Below are positions 54,501 to 64,000 of a DNA stretch of 64,000 bases, one piece after another (the first letter of the stretch is position 1; every line of letters begins with the position of its first letter). The notes beneath the pieces were generated by a model. That model ran no database searches and was not told the DNA's origin. It saw nothing but the letters and a program-made list of their open reading frames with translations. The translations under genes were made by a program, and so were the position numbers. The DNA comes from Oopsacas minuta (lineage: Eukaryota; Animalia; Porifera). Location of the stretch: positions 30,339 through 94,338 of the forward strand of contig JAKMXF010000018.1 in the NCBI GenBank assembly GCA_024704765.1, given 5' to 3'.

Positions 54501-55708
54501 TTACTGATCTCCTGTTACTTCTTCAGTATTCTCAGCTAAACAAACAAGCAATAAATTATAAATTATAGTTGTTATGTGATAAATAAGTTCAATTAAGCTA
54601 CTCACCATCCTGCATGTCAGATGTCCATAGAGTTAGATTATCTCTCAACAGCTGCATGATCAGGGTAGAGTCCTTGTAGGAATCCTCGCTCAGATTGTCT
54701 AGCTCTGCGATTGCGTCATCAAACGCTTTCTTGGCCAGTTTGCATGCTTCATCGGGCTGGTTGCGGATCTCGTAGTAGAAAACTGAGTAGTTAAGAGCTA
54801 GCCTGTGAGAGATGAGATGTAAGTACAACTTGTAACCTCGTTAATACGATAACTAACGGACGGCGACAAAATCTGTTTGCTTTATACGGAATAATACAAA
54901 TTGAATAACTATTGTAGGGACATGATTATGTGTAAATATTTGGTCATTAATAACTTACCCGAGTCTGATTGGATGAGTGGACGGAAGACCCATCTTCGTG
55001 TCACAGTCACCTGGCTGTGTAGCTATTTCTTGAGCCTTCTGGTAGGAATCTGCGGCCCTTTTAGTTATTTCATCGCGCGGTTGCCCCATCTTGTATTCAG
55101 CCATGTATCGACAGTAATCTCCTTCCCTGTAACACAACTTTAACGCTAACGAACAGTTTTAGATAGAAATGCAAAACTCACATTTTTCGGTAAAATACTT
55201 GACATTCCGGAGTCTCTGTTTCGCCGTCGAATTCTTGGTCAATCAGGTTATTCTTCAGTACGTCTAGGATTTTATTACATATGTTGTCAAGCTCTTCCTC
55301 TACAGTTTCCTTATATTTCTGTAGATATACACATAAATAATGGGTGAATATTTATCCAGTAATACCTTACCTTTATTATATCCAGTTTCTGAGTCGAGTC
55401 TGACTTTGATCGGCTATTCTCCTTCTGTTCGATTGAGCTAATAATCCTCCAGGCTGCCCTCCTGCTGCCGATTACGTTCTTGTACGCTACGGAAAGTAAA
55501 TTCCTTTCTTCTGTCGTTAGAACTTTCTTTTTATCATGTTTCTGCTCAACTACTTTTTCCATTGCTTTCACCATTTCTACATAAAACACACAAATTGAAA
55601 TCTCAACACGCATAAACTTATAAATTACTCACCATCATATCGTTCCGCCTGCTCGGCCAGCTTGGCTTCAAACACTAGAGGGTGAAATTCTTTGGAATCT
55701 TCGGACAT
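54501..55708 (-). CDS. 14-3-3 protein
   Basis: [98 protein letters not shown]. The isoform cannot be assigned. Confidence 0.97.
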
Positions 55709-56186
55709 ATTGCTTGGGCCTTTTGGTTACTAGATTGAGTGCAGATAATAATATAATTCTGCTCTAACACAATCCTATATATTGGTGAATCTACTCTCTC
55801 TTGACGTCCATAGCAACCATAGCAACTGTATTATAACTACTCCTATTACGTAAACCAGTCTACTCTAATACAAATCCAACATTGAGGGCAATTTGATATC
55901 ACTGAAGGATATTCTATTTCTATTATTACACAAATTTGATTAACCATTTGACATAATTATTATGTTACGGATAGCTCTATGTTCTGTATTTGCATACTAA
56001 TTCTCAAAGTATATAGCTTATTATTTTTAGAGGTATACTGGCTAACTATCCCAGGAGTTAATGAGAAATTCAGGGAAAGTTTCGTCGTAATGTCAACCAT
56101 TTATCTTCATTATTTATAGCCCTTCTTATTCCGATAATCTAATCCCTCTGTCTAACTAACTGATAGTTCATGGTTAGCTTTATTTT

Positions 56187-56501
56187 ATGGGAAAAGAAGT
56201 GAAAAGAGGGAAATTCAAATCAGGACGGATTTGGAAGGAGCCTCGTGCTCCAGCTGTGAGACGAATACTCTCAAAGTCTCTGAAGACTAAATGGCAGACA
56301 AAGATGTCTCTCAAAGCTTCCATGATTCAAATCAAGCTTATAGAGAAGGATATGAAGCTAGCTAGACAGGAGAAAATACGGATTGAGTGTCAGCGCCTCG
56401 CAGCTCGCAAGAAACAGAAAGAGGAAAATCGATTGAAAGAATTGGCTCTGGCGAAAACTCTAAACACATATTCAAGAAATAACTCAAGAAAACAGAAATA
56501 A
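56187..56501 (+). CDS. CCDC86: Coiled-coil domain-containing protein 86 (Cgr1-like)
   Basis: GKFKSGRIWK...LKTKWQTKM...RQEK...KEENRLK matches the CCDC86/Cgr1 pattern. Confidence 0.75.
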   Translation: MGKEVKRGKFKSGRIWKEPRAPAVRRILSKSLKTKWQTKMSLKASMIQIKLIEKDMKLARQEKIRIECQRLAARKKQKEENRLKELALAKTLNTYSRNNSRKQK

Positions 56502-56619
56502 ATAAATAAATTCATTGGAATTATCAAACAATAGCGTTTGTCAACAAAATATATAGAAATTTAGAAATATTCGTGTTAGTGCATGTGTGTACAGCTTAGC
56601 AACCGTTCTCAATCAAAAT

Positions 56620-58022
56620 ATTCGCTCTTTCAGGCTATCAAGTCGACTTTCTCCCTAAATAAATATACACAGTAAACTCCCATTAAAGGAAATGAAACCG
56701 GGCAAGAATATAAATATGATTCTTAACATTTCTGTGTAGTTACCTGTTGCATGATGTGTGTGTTTGTACCCAGAGAACAGACTGGGTCGTCTCTTAATTT
56801 CCTGCTTACTGTACTCAGGTCCTACTAGCACTCAGATAACACCCTCAATAATATTATATATGTATGGAATTGCTTCATAAACTCACCAATCAGTGGGATT
56901 TGAGTGTTATCAGGAGTGATTGTGTATTCTTTCAGCTAATAAATTCTTAATAATAATTATAGCATTTTGTATATTTATTATTTTATTCCTACCTTGGCGC
57001 CTAGCAGAGTTTTGTGATCTCTGACTTTGAAAAGTTCTGGAGGAACTATTCCATTCCTAGGCAGACTAATTGACTGGTCGATTGATCGCTTCGGGCTGGA
57101 GGTTCGTGTTAGAAAGGACCCTGTTTGTCTGCCGTGATATCTCCTCTCCTCTGTGAGAGACTGCGTAAATGCAAATCTGGTGGAGCTCTGTCTAAAAATA
57201 GAAATGAAAGTATTTATGTAAGATTAATTGAGTGATTACCTTTGTGACACAATCGCTTCATTCTTGTCTGGGACGTGTATCGGCGTGCAATAATGTTTCT
57301 TGGATAATCTACAATGGGAGTAAGGTATGTATCCGCCTTCTCCGCCCTTTAGTTCTGCCCATAACCAATCTCCGAGTTTGTATAGTACTCGTACCTGTTA
57401 TTAAATTCTAGTATTAATCCTTTCAGTGATCAAATCCAGTTACTTACTCTTTGTCCTCGTCTTACTGATATGTTATCAGGACCAGTTGCTTGGAAATCTT
57501 TCACGACTGTCATCCGTAAACTAGCTGGGTTGTCCGGTGTGGATGAGAGCAGAGCTTTCTTGGCTTCTTGATAGCTCTCTGAGAACTCATTATTCCTCTG
57601 TGAGTGTAAGGACTTACTAAATCCTTTGTCTATTGTGTGTTTATCTTTCCCTCTACTTTGTTCTTGCCATGACCAGCTACGACACCTCGCGTCCTAACTC
57701 AATAGATAATCTATATTATATACAATGAATACCGGATATAAGTACCATCCTCTGGAAAATAATCCTGTATTTTTATGCTGGTTATAATAACACGTATACA
57801 CTGTACAAGTAAATAGCTACCTACCGTGACTGTGTTGCTCTCCCGAATAGAGTTTGCTACTGGCTCCCCAGGGCAATATTTATAGGGGATCGGAGCTGAA
57901 ATAAGGGGGGCTGTTATTGGAGAAATAATCGGAGAGATGATGCTCTCTAGGTCTGAATCTAGAGAGTGCTTCGCTCCTAAAATATTGTATCTAGAATTAA
58001 TTTTTATTGTTTGAGATTTCAA
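56620..58022 (-). CDS. Single-SH3-domain protein (3' end approximate)
   Basis: Spliced exons give TVVKDFQATGPDNISVRRGQR|VRVLYKLGDWLWAELKGGEGGYIPYSHC, flanked by low-complexity exons. Confidence 0.7.
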
Positions 58023-58315
58023 TGAACAACTAACTTCTTCTTGGTTTCCTTGTGAGATCTCCTGAAGTATTCGAGGAACACAAAAATGAGAAAAGTGACA
58101 TTTGTAACTGCAACTTATTGCCTCGCTATTTATATGAATGGAACTGTCCGCATAATCTTACAAGTGCAGAGATCTAATTAAAATAATTTTTAAGGCTGCG
58201 AGTACAATCTTACGGCCTATTTGAAACCAGGAAACTTAGAATGGTTGAAATATTCAAAATATTCTGTTTACTTCTTCTCTTTAGCAACTAACTAGTAACA
58301 TTATAGTTATCTGAG

Positions 58316-58750
58316 ATGAGTGAGATACCAAAGAGGAAACGACCATTCCGAAAATTCACGTACAGAGGTGTTGACCTCGATCAGCTGCTTGACATGAACA
58401 ATGAAGAGCTGATCAAGCTAGTGCACGCTAGGGCGAGACGCCGATTTATTCGCGGGCTAAGACGAAAGCCGATGGCTCTGATAAAACGCCTCCGCAAAGC
58501 CAAGAAGGACGCAGTTGAGCAGGAGAAGCCGGCATGCGTGAAGACTCATCTTCGTAACATGATAGTAGTCCCTGAGATGATCGGGAATCTGGTCGGTGTT
58601 CATAACGGGAAGACCTGTAACCAGGTTGAAATCAAGCCAGACATGCTAGGACATTATCTCGGAGAGTTTTCTATCACCTACAAGCCTGTACAGCACGGAC
58701 GACCGGGAATAGGTGCTACTCACTCGTCTAGGTTTATTCCGCTAAAGTAG
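58316..58750 (+). CDS. RPS15: 40S ribosomal protein S15 (uS19), intronless
   Basis: [16 protein letters not shown]...[16 protein letters not shown]...[23 protein letters not shown]. Confidence 0.98.
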   Translation: MSEIPKRKRPFRKFTYRGVDLDQLLDMNNEELIKLVHARARRRFIRGLRRKPMALIKRLRKAKKDAVEQEKPACVKTHLRNMIVVPEMIGNLVGVHNGKTCNQVEIKPDMLGHYLGEFSITYKPVQHGRPGIGATHSSRFIPLK

Positions 58751-58906
58751 ATGGATACATTAGTTTCATTAGTTTTGTGATAAATGAATATTAGAGAATT
58801 CTTAATTATATTATATAGTAACGCTCGTCGCAATGTACAATGTATATATTTTCTAAGAACCATACTCTTGTATAATTCACGTCGGTTATAAGAACATAGC
58901 GAATGG

Positions 58907-61367
58907 ATGAAGACTGCTTGGCGCTATCCCGCCCAGACAGATCTGACTAAATGGAGACTAAGCTGCGATAGAGGCAGACAGATTTGGAATTATTGTCCGA
59001 ATCCAGCAGAGCCTCAAACCTTCTTTGAGCGCTATGCTCTCGGACTTACAGACAAACAGCCGAAATCAGTTGACACGAGTGTAGCCGAGGGTCTTAGACT
59101 GGGATCCGAGTTCTATTGTAAGCTGCAAAGCTCTGACGGACACTGGGCAGGGGACTACGGGGGTCCTTTGTTCCTTCTTCCTGGCCTGTTGATAGTCTGC
59201 TATGTGTGTTCTATCCCCCTGAGCTGTGAAGAGAGAGAGGAGATGGTGCGCTATCTGAGGAACTCACAGCACTCGGATGGAGGATGGGGGTTACACACCA
59301 GTGATAAATCCACAATGTTTGGGACAGTTCTTAACTATATTTCTATGAGAATTCTAGGTACAAACAATACTTATACCTTATAATGTAAGATTATTCGCTA
59401 CCTGTAGGTGTGCCAGCTACTGACCCTGATTCTATAAGAGCCAGAGAGCTGTTTCTATCCTGGGGTGGTGCCCTCTCTATCCCGTCCTGGGGGAAGTTTT
59501 GGCTGTGTGTCCTTAACGTGTACTCCTGGGAGGGCACAAACTGTATCCTCCCAGAGTTATGGATAATGCCGACATCTTTGCCAGTACATCCTTCTAGAAT
59601 GTGGTGTCATTGCAGACAAGTAAGTATAAAATTTATCTCCATAATTAACAATTATTATTTGTCCTCTGTAGGTTTATTTACCGATGGGTTACTGCTACGC
59701 TCGTCGTCTCTCCCACCTCCAATCTGATCCCCTTGTACAGTCTTTGAGATGTGAACTCTACCTACAACCATACGATACTATATTCTGGCCGTCTCACAGG
59801 ACTAACATCTGCTCTAGGGATATTTATACACCCCACCATCCAGCTCTTATCTTTCTCTTAAGAATTCTTAATCGGTACGAGGCTACTCATACTCACTGGG
59901 TTAGAGAACTAGCGGTTACAGAAATCCTTAGACAGATTAAAGCAGACGATGAGTTCTCAGACTTTATTTCAATTGGTCCTATCTCTAAGGTATATTATCC
60001 TTTTGATTAGTTTATTTATTATATAATTATACAAAAATTCAGGTAATACAGACTCTGGTTACTTGGCATTCTGAAGGAGCTGAGTCTAACAGATTCCATA
60101 AACACGTGACTAGACTGAGGGACTATTTGTGGATGGGAACTGACGGTTTGAAGATGCAGGGGACCAATGGCTCTCAGCTCTGGGATACTGCATTAGCTGT
60201 ACAGTCTCTTGTAGCATCAATTAATGCTGGTGGATTATCTGATGACGTCAGACATACCCTCAAAAATGCTCACGCCTGGCTAAGAGAAACACAGATACAG
60301 GACAATCCGCCAGATTATGGAAAGTTCTACCGACAAGCTAACAAAGGAGCATTTCCATTCAGGTTGTATAGTATAACCTATACGTAAATAGTTTGTTATT
60401 AGTGAATTGTTTATTAGTACTCATGACTGCGGTTGGATTGTGTCAGATTGTACGGCAGAAGGTTTAAAAGCGCTGCTGATTCTAGAAACGGAACCTATGC
60501 TTAGGAATTCGATATCTGATATGACACCTTCCCAACAGCTGTTTGACGGTGTAGACATTCTCCTACAGATGCAGAATAGTGATGGAGGCTACGCTTCTTA
60601 TGAGCAGAAGCGCGGTGGAGTATTCCTAGAGGTGAGTCTGTAACACTACCTATATAGCTCTTTACATATTCGATACAGGCTCTTAATCCCTCAGAAGTGT
60701 TTGGAGATATCATGATAGATTATTCATACACAGAGTGTACATCTGCTGTCATACAGGCTCTGTCTTTATTCTCACAGTCCTATCCTGATCACAGAGCTGG
60801 AGCGATAACACGAGCACTGGGAAAAATGGAAAATTTCGTGAGAGAGAAGCAGAGACCGGATGGATCGTGGGTAGGGAGTTGGGGAGTTTGCTTCACTTAT
60901 GGGACTTGGTTCGGATTAGAAGCTCTGGCAGCTATGGGACACTTCTCCTCTGACTCTGCTGTAAGGAAAGGCTGTGAATTTTTGCTGGAGAGACAGAGGC
61001 CAGACGGAGGATGGGGAGAAGATTTTGAATCTTGTACTAAGGGTCGGTATGTGATTCTTCTTAAATTCACACTTTCCTATGTTCTCTTTATTAATTGATT
61101 TACTTCAGATATATACAGCATGATAGGAGCCAGGTCGTAAACACAAGCTGGGCGTTAATGGCGCTGATGGCTGTAGAATGGCCGGATAGAATTGTTTTGG
61201 AAAAAGGTGTGAAATTCCTGTTAAGTCAACAGCTGATAGATGGAGATTGGTCAGAAGAAGAGATTAAAGGAGTTTTCAATAAATCATGTGCAATTGTGTA
61301 TTCTTCCTATAAGAACATTTTCCCGATTTGGGCATTATCGAAATGGCAGTTACTAGTTAATAAATAA
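58907..61367 (+). CDS. LSS: Oxidosqualene cyclase, lanosterol synthase type
   Basis: [14 protein letters not shown] repeats, [60 protein letters not shown]. Confidence 0.96.
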
Positions 61368-61974
61368 AATTCGATTATATTTTGACAGGAATTGAGATAT
61401 GACAGAATATCCATTATACCCATCGATATACTGTTATACTTTAGGACAATTACCCAGCACATACAAATTGTAATACATCTAAAGTGGGAAGAATATGTGA
61501 TACAATGAAGTATATTGTATACCCTGATGATATATTACTCCGCTACTATTTTACTCCACAATCTATGCCCATTGTATTTTTATTAATTATGATACAAATG
61601 CTTAGGTTCTAGCCAATTATTGTTAGATATCATAAGCAGGTATGTTATGTAATTTCTTAATAATTCTAAACAGAGTATGTGTTACAAATAAGAACAAAGT
61701 ATAGGAATAACTCTGTTGTAATTGCTCAGGGATGCAGCCTAGTAATTTGGTTGTAAATTGACACGTCTGACACACTTCGTAATTTTCCACCACATCACGA
61801 ACTTCAAGGTTGCTATCAAATGCAGCAATTGCCCTGGTTAGCCTCAAACTAAGGAAAAGAGAAGAGAAACTTATAATTATTATGTTCAATTCTGATCGTA
61901 TATATAGTTGTTGGCGAATTGCAGGTGTCACAACATGTTTAGTATAAACTATCCAATTTCCGTAGTTACCACAT

Positions 61975-62376
61975 CAGGCTTGGACCGGGTCACGAATAAA
62001 CCGGGTCACTATTTTCAATAAATTTCCGGGTCTGAACCGGGTCACTGATTTTAACTTGACCCGGTTTATATCTTTATGGATAATTAAATTATAACGGTTT
62101 GTAAATCATAAAGATTCAGTCAATATTAGTTACACGTTTCATTTTCATGAATCATTAGTATTTTTACTAAACTTGTTTGGTATCATTACTACTGTATAAT
62201 TATATACTCTTATGTACGTATATAGATATGTAATATAGAAAATTAATATTTTGAAAACCGGGTCAAATAACGAAACCGGGTCACCGGGTCAGAAATTTCA
62301 ACCTGGTCTACCGAGTCAGAAAATACCGGGTCAGTCGGGTCACCGGGTCAGGATATCAAGACCCGGTCCAAGCCTG
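61975..62376. mobile_element. 402-bp non-autonomous TIR element (hAT-like MITE)
   Basis: Perfect 17-bp TIRs CAGGCTTGGACCGGGTC (61975-61991) and GACCCGGTCCAAGCCTG (62360-62376). About 10 subterminal (A)CCGGGTCA repeats flank an AT-rich centre. No matching TSD. Confidence 0.85.
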
Positions 62377-62380
62377 GCTG

Positions 62381-64000
62381 GGTTATGGAGTGTCTTCTGC
62401 GTATTATAGATAATCAACAACCATGATGGATAATGAAGGACCTAATGGATACTGTAACCAAATGCATAGCAGTGAAGGATTTTGATGTGATTGTAGAAGA
62501 ATCTGGATAGCAGTGAAGGATTGATGCGTTTTGATTCAAAGCTAGGTTATGGAGTGTCTTCTGCGTATTATAGAAGTAACCAAATGATTCAAATGGATAG
62601 CAGTGAAGGATTTTGATTTGATTGTACTATTTTTGGATCTGTATAAAGCTGTGGGTGGATGAGAGTATATAGAACTGGCTAAGAAGATGTTAAGATGTTA
62701 GACTATGGGCTTTGCCATGATTATCTAGCCTCGGTTTGCTCAAGGGGGGGAAACAGTGTATTTGAGTAGACTTTGTGGATAGCAGTGAAGGATTTTGATG
62801 TGATTGTAGAAGAATCTGGATAGCAGTGAAGGATTGATGCGTTTTGATTCAAAGCTAGGTTATGGAGTGTCTTCTGCGTATTATAGAAGTAACCAAATGA
62901 TTCAAATGGATAGCAGTGAAGGATTTTGATTTGATTGTACTATTTTTGGATCTGTATAAAGCTGTGGGTGGATGAGAGTATATAGAACTGGCTAAGAAGA
63001 TGTTAAGATGTTAGACTATGGGCTTTGCCATGATTATCTAGCCTCGGTTTGCTCAAGGGGGGGAAACAGTGTATTTGAGTAGACTTTGTGGATAGCAGTG
63101 AAGGATTTTGATGTGATTGTAGAAGAATCTGGATAGCAGTGAAGGATTGATGCGTTTTGATTCAAAGCTAGGTTATGGAGTGTCTTCTGCGTATTATAGA
63201 AGTAACCAAATGATTCAAATGGATAGCAGTGAAGGATTTTGATTTGATTGTACTATTTTTGGATCTGTATAAAGCTGTGGGTGGATGAGAGTATATAGAA
63301 CTGGCTAAGAAGATGTTAAGATGTTAGACTATGGGCTTTGCCATGATTATCTAGCCTCGGTTTGCTCAAGGGGGGGAAACAGTGTATTTGAGTAGACTTT
63401 GTGGATAGCAGTGAAGGATTTTGATGTGATTGTAGAAGAATCTGGATAGCAGTGAAGGATTGATGCGTTTTGATTCAAAGCTAGGTTATGGAGTGTCTTC
63501 TGCGTATTATAGAAGTAACCAAATGATTCAAATGGATAGCAGTGAAGGATTTTGATTTGATTGTACTATTTTTGGATCTGTATAAAGCTGTGGGTGGATG
63601 AGAGTATATAGAACTGGCTAAGAAGATGTTAAGATGTTAGACTATGGGCTTTGCCATGATTATCTAGCCTCGGTTTGCTCAAGGGGGGAAACAGTGTATT
63701 TGAGTAGACTTTGTGGATAGCAGTGAAGGATTTTGATGTGATTGTAGAAGAATCTGGATAGCAGTGAAGGATTGATGCGTTTTGATTCAAAGCTAGGTTA
63801 TGGAGTGTCTTCTGCGTATTATAGAAGTAACCAAATGATTCAAATGGATAGCAGTGAAGGATTTTGATTTGATTGTACTATTTTTGGATCTGTATAAAGC
63901 TGTGGGTGGATGAGAGTATATAGAACTGGCTAAGAAGATGTTAAGATGTTAGACTATGGGCTTTGCCATGATTATCTAGCCTCGGTTTGCTCAAGGGGGG
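62381..64000. repeat. 313-bp tandem satellite, about 5 near-identical units, running off the window end
   Basis: The marker TTGATGCG recurs at 62521, 62834, 63147, 63460 and 63772 (period 313, once 312 through a G7 to G6 slip). Each unit has three copies of GGATAGCAGTGAAGGATT. Confidence 0.97.

Noticed and set aside
62464-64000. CRISPR-like array of 18-bp repeats
   Set aside because: The spacers recur identically every 313 bp, the context is eukaryotic and there are no cas genes. It is a higher-order satellite.

Overview
Eukaryotic (animal) genomic DNA: AT-rich, very gene-dense, with many short GT-AG introns. The compactness, gene content and intronless coiled-coil+NHL gene suggest a sponge, possibly a hexactinellid such as Oopsacas (inference, not verified). 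I reconstructed about 23 protein genes by hand. In order they are: 3' part of an EGF/LamG single-pass receptor (Fat-like) with a nested antisense NHL gene, clathrin heavy chain, a TGF-beta prodomain-like secreted protein, CCDC124, a double ricin-type lectin, a Rab, CDC34/UBE2R, a proline-rich orphan, a GAB-like adaptor, PPP1R2, LMO7-like, PQLC1, a CAP-Gly protein, SSADH, PA200/PSME4, TAT, GSS, espin-like ankyrin protein, GPD1, 14-3-3, CCDC86, an SH3 protein, RPS15 and lanosterol synthase. The window ends in a TIR element joined to a 313-bp tandem array. Most notable: (1) a frame-consistent exon chain indicates that the CAP-Gly gene (34.6-45.7 kb) hosts SSADH antisense in one intron and a nearly intronless PSME4 on the SAME strand in another; (2) co-directional genes are separated by as little as 48 nt and often have an acceptor-like AG just before the ATG, consistent with operons resolved by spliced-leader trans-splicing; (3) a TGF-beta prodomain apparently lacking its growth-factor domain. 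All gene models are manual and need transcript support.
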